Origin: Octopus sinensis
Lineage: Eukaryota
Direction: 5' to 3'
NCBI RefSeq assembly: GCF_006345805.1
Contig: NC_043003.1
Span: 60,326,001-60,390,000, forward strand
Length of the DNA: 64,000 bases
This document shows, in pieces, positions 12,504 through 24,920 of the stretch. Each line of letters starts with the position of its first letter. Position 1 is the first letter of the stretch. The translations under genes and the position numbers were made by a program. The notes below the pieces were generated by a model. That model was not told the DNA's origin. It was given only the letters and a program-made list of their open reading frames with translations, and ran no database searches.

Positions 12504-12857
12504 CGGGGAAAACGCCCCCCGTCCAATGGACGGTGCTGAGTTGTCAAACATTTAAACCAGATTTTCTCCCATAGGCCTCCCCTTTGAGAAACACTGATTT
12601 AACCTAAATTTGAGACACCAGCAAAAGAAGAAATAAAGATAGACATTTTTCTATTCCAAAGAAAAACGTACAAATGCACGCTCCCACGGCTTTATCGATC
12701 GCATTCTCACATGGAATCGATTTTTGTAATTTTTTCAATACTTATACACGCCCTGATACTGTCGGTGTCTACAAATCAAATTTGAGCGCAATCGGGTGGA
12801 GGATGTCCGAGATCCTAGAAGACACACACACGAACGGAACGGATTTTATATAATAGA
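12504..12857 (-). mobile_element. Non-autonomous Helitron-like element
   Basis: Minus 5' end A|TCTATTATATAAAA followed by a GT microsatellite and a CCGATTGCGCTCAAATTT motif. Subterminal hairpin CCGTCCA-A-TGGACGG (12519-12533). No clear terminal CTAG. Confidence 0.5.
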
Positions 12858-13314
12858 TATATAACATCTCAGAACGTCTTGCGGATTTTTATAGATGCGG
12901 ATATCGTGATCATTTTGTTATACATATATAAAAGATTCGAATTCTCTCCACAAGATCCCAAGTTTATCCATACTTTGCTCCTGACGAATTGTTATCTACT
13001 CTGTTGCTCCAATAGTAATAAGCTAAAGCTGTATTATGCGCAATGGCTTTACACATTTCCTATATATATTGATGTCATCTTTCTATTGTATTATTCGAAC
13101 CATATTCGTGTCCAGAGGACACAAGAGAACATATCTTTTTTTTATTTTTGATGGTCCTACACAACGATATATAGCCGGTTGTCTTTTAACTTAATGGCTG
13201 CTTTGATTTTAAAGTTCCACCAATATTATTTTAACCCATCGGACTCATTGTCGTCAATTTCATTAAAAGTTTTTTCTTTTTTTTATTATCCTGTTCTAGA
13301 CTTTTCATTCCTCG

Positions 13315-13345
<31 letters not shown>

Positions 13346-13419
13346 TATGTATGTTTGTATGTATTTACGTACGTACGTATGTATATACGTACGTATGTAT
13401 GCATGTACGTATGTCATTA

Positions 13420-13790
13420 TTGTATTTTATTTCAAGACATTTGTTAATTAGAAAGAGCAGCTTTCTATGTTGAATCCAAAGAACCTTCATTGGAATTCCA
13501 ACATCATCAATAGGGTATTTTTGTATGTATATATTTATACTTGCAGGTTTGTATGTTTTTTTATGTATGTATTCTCATGTATATAGTTGCTTATTTAGAC
13601 ATGCTCACATATACTTAAGTGGTAAACTTCTGGAATGTTTGACAAATTTTTACAGTTCCAGTAACGGATTGGATCTATAGTTTCTGAATTAGCTTTCTCC
13701 CTTCTGGTTTTGAGAAGCCTAATTTCTCAAGACAGTGTGTTACATATCTCAGGCCTCCAATAATTACAGGCTCTGTAGGTGAGTAAACGT
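13420..13790 (-). mobile_element. 3' fragment of an RLE-type non-LTR retrotransposon
   Basis: Homologous to 39830-40195 over ~350 bp. Minus translation LEKLGFSKPE...IQS+TGTVKIC+TF resembles RLE C-termini. Followed by (ACAT)n. Confidence 0.5.
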
Positions 13791-13832
13791 ATGTATGTGT
13801 ATATATATATTTTATATTGGTTATTATTATTA

Positions 13833-13871
<39 letters not shown>

Positions 13872-14028
13872 CTCAAGGGCCCCAATAATTACAGGTATAA
13901 TGCAAATTTCTTAATATTTCAGCGTAGGTATTTGCTTTTTCACTGATCTTCAGCTCTATGTTAACTTCCGCTAGGCAGCTGATTTCCACAAATGTACACA
14001 GTTTCTCTTCTCTGTCCTTTTGTGCATC

Positions 14029-14059
<31 letters not shown>

Positions 14060-14427
14060 TGTATGTATGTATGTATGTATGTATTATGTATAATCCTTAT
14101 TTCACAGCGAGATCTGAATAATTTACTTATTTATCATCAATACGTCTTGGCGGGTTCAGACGCTGATCGCTGCAGTCTACATCACAGAGGGGTATATTCT
14201 TCTTTTTAAGAAGACAATTTGTTCTACTCATTCGGCTCAATGACGCACATGATTCTGTGACACCGTGGTTTCGACAGATAATATCTTCTCAGCTAGAAAC
14301 ACTCGGATCTTTGGGTCTATATCAAGCTACTAACTTTGTTTATAACTTCACACACACATTCACACACACAGACACACTCATATGTATATATACGTGTGTG
14401 TGTGTGTGTGTGTGTGTTTGTGTGTGT

Positions 14428-14727
14428 GGAGGCGCAATGGCTCAGTGGTTAGAGCAGCGGACTCGCGGTCGTAGGATCGCGGTTTCGATTCCCAGTCCTG
14501 GTGAGTGTTTATTGAGCGAAAACGCCTAAAGGTTCACGAGGCTCCGGCAGGGGTGTTGGCGATCACTGCTGTACTCTTTCGACACAACTTTCTCTCACTC
14601 TTTCTTCTGTTGGCCTGCTCGCTTAACCAGCGGGGTGGCGTCAATTGAAGGCTAAAACAATGCGCTTCGCATTGTGACCAGCGATGTGTAGCAACACCTA
14701 ATAGACTGGTCGGTCACGGTGATCACG

Positions 14728-14735
<8 letters not shown>
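14428..14735 (+). mobile_element. Full-length tRNA(Arg)-like-headed SINE (family C)
   Basis: GGAGGCGCAATGGCTCAGTGG (A box), GGACTCGCGGTCG, GGTTTCGATTCCC (B box). Tail ends with (CACGGTGAT)2. Confidence 0.8.
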
Positions 14736-14772
<37 letters not shown>

Positions 14773-15577
14773 TATATAGTGGGGTAAATATATATATATA
14801 TATATATATACAATTATATAGTGATGTAAATGTATATATATATATTTATATATATATATATACATACATTTATATAGTGGGGTAAATGTTGGTATATATA
14901 TATATATATGTAACCTATCCCTTTTTAAATCGCATTTTATATGAATTGTGTATTCGTATGCATATATATGTGTGTGTGTGCCTGTGTATGTTTGTATGTT
15001 TTTGTAAATATATACGTACCTACATATGTATATAAATAGATAAAGATACATGTGTATATCTGTGTGTGCCTACATGCATACATTCATATACTTATGTGCA
15101 CACAGATGTACATGAAATATACGCAAAATTCCTCGATTTATTACATTTTCCGGCTGATTTACTTTCTTTGAGGGGTTTTACTCTCGGTTTTCCTCCTCCA
15201 GATCAGCATCTGGAGGGAAGAAATAATATGTACTAATCCAGTGAAGACATTATACATATATGGTGTCTAGACTAGGATAAACTAATGTAATAAGCACAAA
15301 TGCCAAATAGATAATGATGGCATCTATAAAGATTCTATGACGCCATTTTTGTTGGTTAGGATTGATAATATGGATAAAAATCTTATGACTTCCTGTGGCT
15401 CGCGTTCGTATCTTGCGAGGAGAACTGGAGAACAGCATGAAGTTTATTAAGAAAAAAAGGGGGTGTTATTTTTTCATCGTTTCGCATTTAACACACAACC
15501 ACCGTCATTAGTAAACGTGTATTACAGGCAAGATTACCTAAAATGTGGTACTGATGGGCACACACACACACACACAC

Positions 15578-15609
<32 letters not shown>

Positions 15610-15613
<4 letters not shown>

Positions 15614-16420
15614 AGATCAATCTTACTTAGTAATGGATGCGTGCGTTCATGTTTTATTTATTAATATATATATATATATAACAAAAGAAAATAGAAACTG
15701 CATGTGGAAATGTAAGGGGAAAGTAAGAAGAAAAATAAGCGAAAATGCACATTGGAAATCAAAAAAAGGAAATGATTTTTATGAAAAGTAACGATAGATA
15801 TATACAATTAGATGAACTGAGGTAAGAAAAGTAATAAAATTGTGAATTGTTAGAGATTTAAAAGCATACCAGTTTCGTAAATTTACTAATCATTGCTTTC
15901 AATACATAACGATTAATGAACGGTGCCAGGTCTACTAGTCCCTGAGTAAAAAGATTATGTGTAAGGGAGGTACGTAGTTCTGGATTTGGTGCAATTTGGG
16001 TATAGATCTGTAAAATGAATGGTGTATGGGATGTGTGCAATTGAAAGGTTAGTAGTGTCCTGTACTATGTTATGTGTTCATATTGAATTGTAGAAGTTAT
16101 TTATTGATAAAAGTTACCTCTTTATTCATTCTTTGTTGTACTGAGGGGTTCTGTGAACATTGATAGCCGGGGAAAATTAGGAAATTAGGATTAAGATTCC
16201 TAGCACACCTTTCTATGTGTTCGCTAACCTGTATCTGTCTGTATTGTTAGTGGCGGATTTGTTCTTTGTGGAGAGTGGTTCTTCGACAGAGTGATATTCC
16301 TGTTTGGCCAGTATAATTATTACCACACCCTAAGCATGCAATAGCATAGATTAGATTTTCCGAGGCACAGGTGAAATTTGATTTGATCTTATATGCATAC
16401 ACAAACACATGCACACACAG
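15610..16420 (-). pseudogene. Penelope-like element 3' fragment (GIY-YIG endonuclease), copy 1
   Basis: KIKSNFTCASENLIYAIACLGCGNNYTGQTGISLCRRTTLHKEQIRH matches the PLE motif NLIYxIxCxxCxxxYIGQT. Hammerhead relic downstream at 15861-15899. Confidence 0.8.
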
Positions 16421-16532
16421 ACATATTATATACACATATGCGGGGGCATCATTATATAATTATACACACACACACACACACACAACACACACACACATAT
16501 ATATATATATATTATATATATATATATATATA

Positions 16533-17330
16533 TCAAGATCAATCTTACTTAGAAATGGATGCGTGCGTTCATGTTTTATTTATTAATATATATATATATA
16601 TATAACAAAAGAAAATAGAAACTGCATGTGGAAATGTAAGGGGAAAGTAAGAAGAAAAATAAGCGAAAATGCACATTGGAAATCAAAAAAAGGAAATGAT
16701 TTTTATGAAAAGTAACGATAGATATATACAATTAGATGAACTGAGGTAAGAAAAGTAATAAAATTGTGAAAGCATACCAGTTTCGTAAATTTACTAATCA
16801 TTGCTTTCAATACATAACGATTAATGAACGGTGCCAGGTCTACTAGTCCCTGAGTAAAAAGATTATGTGTAAGGGAGGTACGTAGTTCTGGATTTGGTGC
16901 AATTTGGGTATAGATCTGTAAAATGAATGGTGTATGGGATGTGTGCAATTGAAAGGTTAGTAGTGTCCTGTACTATGTTATGTGTTCATATTGAATTGTA
17001 GAAGTTATTTATTGATAAAAGTTACCTCTTTATTCATTCTTTGTTGTACTGAGGGGTTCTGTGAACATTGATAGCCGGGGAAAATTAGGAAATTAGGATT
17101 AAGATTCCTAGCACACCTTTCTATGTGTTCGCTAACCTGTATCTGTCTGTATTGTTAGTGGCGGATTTGTTCTTTGTGGAGAGTGGTTCTTCGACAGAGT
17201 GATATTCCTGTTTGGCCAGTATAATTATTACCACACCCTAAGCATGCAATAGCATAGATTAGATTTTCCGAGGCACAGGTGAAATTTGATTTGATCTTAT
17301 ATGCATACACAAACACATGCACACACAGAC
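16533..17330 (-). pseudogene. Penelope-like element 3' fragment, copy 2 (tandem duplicate)
   Basis: Near-identical to copy 1 (offset ~922-924, then 908 after a 16-bp deletion). Same GIY-YIG ORF at 17155-17343. Confidence 0.8.
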
Positions 17331-17368
17331 ATATTATATACACATATGCGGGGGCATCATTATATAAT

Positions 17369-17420
<52 letters not shown>

Positions 17421-17865
17421 CAATTGCAGCGTGGAAGGTGTTGGTATGCCATTTTAGAAACAGCTTCCACGCTGCAATTGTTTTCATTTCGGCACACGAT
17501 CTCTGATCAAATCACTTGCTATGCAAGTACATCTCCGTAATATATATATATATATATATATTGAAAAAATATATATTTGCATTGATGTGTGTCGGAGTAT
17601 CTTATGGGTGGTAGCGATTGGAACGCCTTTGGATATAGACCTATTCAGTCAAAGCTTGAAGGGTAACCTCGAAGTCTAAACGACAACCACTGCGGTTACG
17701 AAATATTGAATTTGAGGACAGGATTGCAACTATACGCAATAATGTTTCGAAACCTAGTCAAAATTGCCAATCCGTTCCAGCCGAATTCTACAATTTTAAG
17801 AATGTACGGTGGGAATTTGGGTCCGATTTTTCGGTGAGCTTTTCTTTAATATCATTTAACAATCC

Positions 17866-18250
17866 TAAGGCGGAGAGCTGGCCGAATTGTTAGCACGCCG
17901 AACAAAATTCTTAGCAAGGTTTCGTCCATCTTTACGTTCTGAGTTCAAATTCCGCCGAGGCAAACTTTGACTTTCATCTTTTCGGGATCGATAAAATAAG
18001 CAGCAGTTAAGCACTAGGGTCAGTGTCATCGACTTACACCCTCCCCCGAAATTGCAGGCCTTGTGCCAAAATCAATAACATTTCAGAAACTTGAGACAGA
18101 AAGCTGGCAGAATCGGTAGCACGGCAGACAAAATGCTTAACGGAAATTCGTCCGTCTTTACTTTCTGAATTCAAAATCCGTCCAGGCCGACTTCCCCTTT
18201 TATCCTTTGGAGATCGATAAAATAAATAGCCCCTCCCATCAAATTTCAGT
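17866..18250 (+). mobile_element. Two adjacent SINE family A copies
   Basis: AAGGCGGAGAGCTGGCCGAATTGTTAGCACGCC head and a second AGCTGGCAGAATCGGTAGCACGGC head. Confidence 0.75.
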
Positions 18251-18589
18251 GGTAGAAAGTATATCTAATTCTCTAAAATGACAGCAATTACTCCAACAAC
18301 ACACCATATTCGTTCCTTTGTAAATAAAGCCATTTAAACATTAGAATTCAGAATTTAAACATTAGAAATTTATTGAAAAGAAATGAAGATAACACTAAGC
18401 AGTCAGTTTACAATTCAACAGATTATATTTGTGAGAATGTGTATGGTCATAGAGTCATGCAATTGTTTGTAAATGTGTATTATGTAGTAGTGTATATTGG
18501 TGCTACCAAGGGCCAGGGGTTAATAATTTCGCTCAACAATGAGAAGGGCCTGTGGTAAAAGCTCAATCCTTAATTTTCCTCTTATTTTA

Positions 18590-18950
18590 ATCATTATGCT
18601 GCGGCCGCAATGAGGAACGCCTTGAAAGGCTTAGTGGAACAAATCGACTTCCCTACTTATTCTTAAAGTCTGGTACTAATTTTATCGGCCTCTTTATCCG
18701 AGCAGCTAAATTATAGGGACGTAAACAAACTCAGACCGATTGTCAAGCGTTGAGATAAAACCAATACAGAAGCAGAGACGCACACCACACACACACACAC
18801 ATACACACACACACATATGTATATACATATAAGCCGGTACGTGGCTATAGTAGAAGACACTCATCGTGGCACGCAGTGTGATTGAGCACAAAACCACGTG
18901 ATTACAAAACGAGCGTCTTAACCATACAGCTATACTTGCAACAATATGTA
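18590..18950 (-). mobile_element. Diverged SINE family B copy
   Basis: CTGCGGCCGCAATG..., GTAAACAAACTCAGACCGATTGTCAAGCG and TATAGTAGAAGACAC..GTGGCACGCAGTG blocks. Confidence 0.65.
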
Positions 18951-19236
18951 TTACTTTGGATGATTGTTTCTTGCTATAGACTCAAATTAATCAAAGCATA
19001 CTGAATACACTGGAATAGACTGAAGCTTAATGGAAAACAGTTGATTTGCGAGTTAAGGACCCATCCTTGTCACACACTGTATCACGTTTCATTTGAACTC
19101 AAGATTATGTTGAAAGTACATGTATGGTGTAATGGAGGAATTAGAAAATAAATAAAATATAAATCGCAATACCTTACACATAACAGATTCTGTCACCAAA
19201 TTTTATTTACCAAAATTTATTTATTTTATTTTATTT

Positions 19237-20237
19237 ACGAATGCCGCTAAGCGAATTTCCCTCGTTAGCTCGTTGGACAAAATGCCTCGCGGCATTTCTT
19301 CTGGCACTTTATGTTCTAAGTTCTAATACCGCTAAGTTCAACTATCTCTGGGTCGATAAAATAGGTGAGTACAGGGATCGATGTAATCGATCTTTCCACC
19401 TCTCAAAAAATTGCTAACATTGTGTCAAATTTTATTTGAACGAATATTTTCAATACTATTTGTCGAAGCCAACTTAGGATGATCCAAATGTGTGTGTGGA
19501 CGTTTCCTTTGGGAGGAGTCTATGTGTGTAGATTCATGTAATGCAATGGAGGTTGCACCTGTCACACAATGCATTTATCAATTAGGAAAAGAACTGTTAG
19601 ATCTTTATTTTGTTTCACATAAAATCTTCAAATTTTCTCAACAAAAGTATACACGTCACAACTTACCATTCAACCCGCTTCCCATCTTAATTACAGTCGA
19701 TTTGTTCTGAAAATCCACAAGAAATTGTTGATGCCTAAAGTTAGGACTATTCCGTAGAGAGACCCTTGTGCAGAAGATAAGGGATCATTTCATTTGTCAC
19801 TGCAGTCAAACTTATTGACACGAATAGCTGTTTTCTTTCTCGTTACTAATTTTGCAACTTTGGACTTTCACCAGATTCCTTGGATCTCGGATTTTAAACT
19901 TTTTTTCTTAGACAAATAGTAACAAGAAATATATCTCTTCGAAACTTGCTTCAGAAAAGTATACACTTCACATTAATTTGAATCTCCTTAGATTTTCCAT
20001 TTTCTGTATAAAAATAACAGCAAGATAAAATCATTTTTTGACAAACGAATGCCGCTAAGCGAATTTCCCTCGTTAGCTCGTTGGACAAAATGCCTCGCGG
20101 CATTTCTTCTGACACTTTATGTTCTAAGTTCTAATACCGCTAAGTTCAACTATCTCTGGGTCGATAAAATAGGTGAGTACAGGGATCGATGTAATCGATC
20201 TTTCCACCTCTCAAAAAATTGCTAACATTGTGTCAAA
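19237..20237 (+). repeat. 193-bp direct repeats (19237-19429 and 20045-20237) of a decayed SINE A copy flanking 615 bp
   Basis: The two copies differ at one position that I could find (CTGGCAC vs CTGACAC). Offset 808. Confidence 0.9.
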
Positions 20238-20585
20238 ATTAGAAAGAATATTTGTTGACAGACGAAATTGTTGCAAAGATTTTTTTTTTTTTGCTAACAA
20301 AACTCATCATTTATCTATTAAAAAAGGGGAACGTATATATAAAATGTGTCTTTAATACAGGTTCCATTCTCATTTGAACTACTTAAATTCACTTCTCTGC
20401 GATTCTGTTCTCTGATCAAGGAAATAGACAATTAATCTCTACCATGATGACAATTCTCCCCCACTTCATCCTGCCTTCACTCTACATTAAATGCATTTCT
20501 GTGAATTGGATTCGTGTCCTATTTGAGATTATTCGGCATTTTCATTTTTAGTGATGCATGAGTGATTCAATACTCTAAATTAATA

Positions 20586-21170
20586 AGGCGGCGAGCTAGC
20601 AGAGTCGTTAGCACGCTGGGCGAAATGCTGAGCGGTATTTCGTCTGCCGTTACGTTCTGAGTTTAAATTCCGCCGAGGTCGACTTTGCCTTTCGTTCTTT
20701 CGGGGTCGATAAATTGAGTACCAGTTACGCACTGGGTCGATGTAATCGACTTAATCCGTTTGTCTGTCCTTGTTTGTCTCCTCTGTGTTTATCCCCTTGT
20801 GAGTAGTAAAGAAATAGGTATTTCGTCTGCCGCTACGTTCTGAGCTCAAATTCCACCGAGGTTGACTTTGCCTTTCATCCTTTCGGGGTCGATTAAATAA
20901 GTACCTAAGTACCAGTTACGCACTGAGGTCGATATAATCGACTTAATCCGTTTGTCTATCCTTGTTTGTTCTTTCTGTGTTTAACCCCTTGTGGGTAGTA
21001 AAGAAATAGGCATTTCGTCTGCCGCTACGTTCTGAGTCCAAAATCTGCCGAGCTCGACTTTGCCTTTCATTATTTCGGAGTCGATAAATTAAGTACCAGT
21101 TGCATACTGGGGTCGGTCTAATCGAGTGGCTCTCTCCCCAAAAATTTCGGGCCTTCAGCCTAGAGTAGAA
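20586..21170 (+). mobile_element. SINE family A with three tandem modules
   Basis: Single head, then TATTTCGTCTGCCG(C/T)TACGTTCTGAG at ~20636, 20819 and 21011. Confidence 0.8.
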
Positions 21171-21177
21171 AAGAATG

Positions 21178-21548
21178 GTTGGCACTCCGCTGGTTACGAC
21201 TACGAGGATTCCAGTTGATCTGATCAACGGAACAGCCTACTCGTAAAATTAACGTGCAAGTGGTTGAGCACTCCACAGACACGTGTGCCCTTAGCGTAGC
21301 TCTTGGGGAGATTCAGCGTGACACAGAGTGTGACAAGGCTGGCTCTTTGAAATACAGGTACAACAAAAACAGGAAGAAAGAGTGAGAGAAAGTTGTGGTG
21401 AAAGAGTACAGCTGGGTTCGCTACTATCCCCTGCCGAAGTCTCTTAGAACTTTAGGAGTTTTCGCTCAATAAACAATCACAACACCCGATCTGGGATTCA
21501 AAACCGCGATCTTACGACCGTGAATCTGCTGCCCTAACCACTGGGCCA
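21178..21548 (-). mobile_element. Family C SINE with a distinct 3' tail
   Basis: Minus head TGGCCCAGTGGTTAGGGCAGCAG..GGTTTTGAATCCC, shared body, tail ending ...GTAACCAGCGGAGTGCC. Confidence 0.75.
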
Positions 21549-21819
21549 GTAGAGAAAAATATCCAAATTTTAATTCAACATTTTATCCGACTCGCTAATA
21601 ATTCTTTCGGCTCGCCGCCTTCTAGTTATATATATATATATATATATTTATATACCGACCTTATATAATATATATATATATATATATATGTACCAACATT
21701 ATGCGATGGAAGTATGTAAATGGACAACAAAAGATGAGCGCCACATAAATTATGGTTTTCTATTTTGGGCTCACAGTCAGCAATTTTTTTTTTGTGGGAG
21801 GTGCATAGTCAGCATTATC

Positions 21820-22560
21820 GAAATCCTGCTCAACTGGTACTTATCTTATTGACCCCGAAGGGATAAAAGGAACAGTCTACCTCGACGGAATTTAAACTCG
21901 GAACATAAAGAATCTGAAGAAAAGCCACTAACCATTGTGTCAGCTGCGTTAGAAATTCTGACATTCAGCTGCCTTATTCTATATTTGTGATACTTTCTAC
22001 TGTATGGGGGCTGGGAGTTAATGGGTGATATCGATCCCAGTGTTTAACTGGTACTTATTCTCCTTTCTTTATTACCCATAAGGCGCTAAACATAGAGGGA
22101 ACAAACAAGGACAGACAAAGGGATTAAGTCGATTACATCGACCACAGTGCGCAACTGGTACTTAATGTATCGACCCCGAAAGTATGGAAGGCAAAGTCGA
22201 TCTCGGCGGAATTTGAACTCAGAACGTAGCGGCAGACGAAATACCTATTTCTATTTCTTTACTACCCACAAGGGGCTAAACACAGAGAGGACAAACAAGG
22301 ACAGACAAACGGATTAAGTAACTGGTACTTAATTTATCGACCCCGAAAGGATGAAAAGTCAACCTCGGCGGAATTTGAACTCAGAACGTAACGGCCGACG
22401 AAATACTGCTAATGTTTCTGCCTATTCGCCGCCTTAATTGGTACTTATTCTACCGACCCCGAAATTATGAACAAAACCGACCTCGCCGAAATTTGAACTC
22501 TGAACATGAAAAGCTGGAAGTAACACACTTTAGCACTTTGCCCGACTTTCTAACGATTTT
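21820..22560 (-). mobile_element. Cluster of SINE family A copies/multimer
   Basis: Repeated CAACTGGTACTTA..CGACCCCGAAAG..CTCGGCGGAATTTGAACTCAGAAC blocks. Confidence 0.75.
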
Positions 22561-22588
22561 GCCAGCGGGTCATCTTGCACCATATAAA

Positions 22589-23290
22589 TCTATATATATA
22601 AAACTCAACTTGTGTGTCTGTGTATGTATCTGTGTGTGTATCTGTGTGTTTAACTTCCCGGCACATCTCCTCCTAGCCAACAAATTGTACAACCACCAAA
22701 AATGGGTCACTTAAAGTTTAGGCGAATGAAAATTTAACTGCGCTATTTCTGTTCCGAAATTCATCTCGCAAGTGCAAAAATCGATAATGTGTTTGTTTAG
22801 GCCTTAACCCATGCATTGAATAGTGAACTTTACTCAGTCAGCAGCTTAACGTGAACTGTGTTCCCCACGCGTGCAAGCATGCGTAAATTGCATGAAAAAT
22901 AAAAAAATCAAGATAAAAAACGAATCGCCGTAAACATTGTAGAAATTCGGCAAAGAAATGAATTTTCGGGATGTAGCCCGGAGGGTTTTTTCGTATTAAT
23001 ATATATATATATGTATGTATGAGAGTATGATAGAAGAAGGCTAACTCTTCCTTCCCTAGAAGAAAAAATTCAAATCGGACCATGTTAACACCAAAAATTA
23101 TTTACATTAAAAAGGTGCCTTTTTTCTATGAAAATTCCTATTTTTTACGATGTTTTGACTGCTGTGTCGCCATTTTTCGGTGTATTTCACTTAAAGAGAA
23201 TAACAAGCTACATACTGCCAAATTTTTACTTTTCAAAAATTCCAATTCTAAAGGGTCTAAACAAACCGCAACGCCGGGTGATACTGTTAG
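22589..23290 (+). mobile_element. Non-autonomous Helitron-like element
   Basis: A|TCTATATATATAAAA 5' end, GT-rich microsatellite near the 5' end, 3' end GCAACGCCGGGTGATACTGTTAG|T (decayed CTAG), inserted between A and T. Confidence 0.65.
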
Positions 23291-24534
23291 TAATTAGATA
23301 AAATTAAATTTACAGTGAATGTAGCTTGGATGGGACTGTACTTCGCAAGACAAACTTGCCCAGAATATGGTACATAAAACTGATATCGAATAATGTCCCT
23401 TTAGTTCAGTTATGTCCTCCTTCATTTGTCATGTAGAATTAGACATTTTTTATTGTCTTCGTCAAAGAATCTAAGAATTTAATTTCGTATTTTCCATGCA
23501 AACTTCTTCACAATTTATTTCACTTACTTATTCTTTTAGACTCATGTAAAATTGAGTACGATGCAATAATTTCTTAAAAGTTTGATTAACAGCAACGTAG
23601 TATTTCTGAAAAGAATTTCGCAAATATATAAGTATCGGGTACGTTAGTAATTTATTCGCAAAGAAAATTAATAGGATTTTAACATATCAGTTACATTTCT
23701 TTCCAAATAAAATGCCTGGTTTTATCCTCGTTGACAAAACAAAATATTAGCTATAACAGATAGGAATATATACGGCTTCTCCTACTGACAGAAAGTAGTA
23801 AGCATAAGAGAGAAGATTGTGTATACTATTTAACAAAGACAAGTGTATGTATGCTACATAACAAAGTAGTGTACACATGGAATTTAAGGTTTTGAGGAAT
23901 TCTGAAATAGAATATTGTTTTACTTGTTTATTTTGTTTTGTCTTTTTAATAACCCTCTCAATGAGCGAAATGAGTACGTCTGCAAATATTAAACGACCAG
24001 CTATAGTTCCTCTGTCAATAATCCGTGGCAACAACGTCCGATTAGCATCGCTAATTTTCTGATTAAATTGCTACGCAAGCCTTTAAAATGTTCGATTGAT
24101 TGGATATCTTAATCTCATAATCCGATTAAGAAAGTAAAATGTCGAAGATATACTTCAAAATCCTTTTCACGTTTTCTTTTTTATTATATCTTTTCTTATG
24201 TTTAATCGGCACGAACAAATTGATCAAAATAGAACTAATATTTGTCGTTACAGAAAGATATTTGATTTGATCTTTAGGTCATTTGCGGAAGGTTAAATAG
24301 CACTTGATCCTCTAAGTTGATACAACGATACTTTATCTTTTGGAAAACACAATGCCATAACACATTTCTTTCGAAAATATTTCTAAAATGTCATTATCAA
24401 CTTAAGTAATGCTCTTGTCCATCATAATGAAGTGATTAGTTATCAAATGTCTGACCTCCAAAATTAATTTCGTGTCACTGTTTGAGGTTAGCAATTCTCT
24501 CAGTGGTTGATATTTCATTCTTTTCATTTCTTCT

Positions 24535-24920
24535 TTAGGCACAAGGCCCGAAATTTTGGGGGAGGGAGCCAGTTAATTAAATCGACCGCAGTACGCAACT
24601 GGTACTTAATTTTATCGCCCCGAAAGGATAAAAGGAAAAGTCTACCTCGGCGGAATTTGAACTCAGAACGTAGAGACTGACGATATATCTATTTCTTTAC
24701 TACCCACAAGGGGCTAAATACAGAGATGACAAACAAGGGCAGACAAACGGATTAAGTCGATTATACCGACCCCAGTGCGTAACTGGTACTTATTTAATCG
24801 ACCCCAAACGGATGAAAGGCAAAGTCGACCACGGCGGAATTTGAACTCGGAACGTAACGGCAGACGAAATACTGCTAAGCATTTCGCCCGGCGTGCTAAC
24901 GTTTCTGCCAGCTCGCCATG
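24535..24920 (-). mobile_element. SINE family A dimer
   Basis: Head at ~24870-24918 plus two modules. Confidence 0.8.

Noticed and set aside
14428-14505. tRNA gene
   Set aside because: It is a tRNA-derived SINE head: no complete cloverleaf, and it continues into a multi-copy SINE body. The same applies to 6155, 21548, 59545 and 59799.
15250-15438. 62-aa ORF with a C-terminal hydrophobic stretch (tail-anchored micropeptide?)
   Set aside because: Hydrophobic runs are expected in AT-rich frames, and there is no independent support.
15470-15530. CTAATGA...CGAAAC hammerhead-like order (minus)
   Set aside because: Core mutated and no stems I or III.
17708-17766. TTGAGGA..ATTGC/GCAAT..GAAACCTAGTC possible hammerhead relic
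   Set aside because: C3 missing, stem I unconvincing and palindrome imperfect. Could be a very old relic but is not supportable.
20586-21170. CRISPR-like periodicity of SINE modules
   Set aside because: Eukaryotic SINE multimers with ~185-bp homologous units, no unique spacers and no cas genes.
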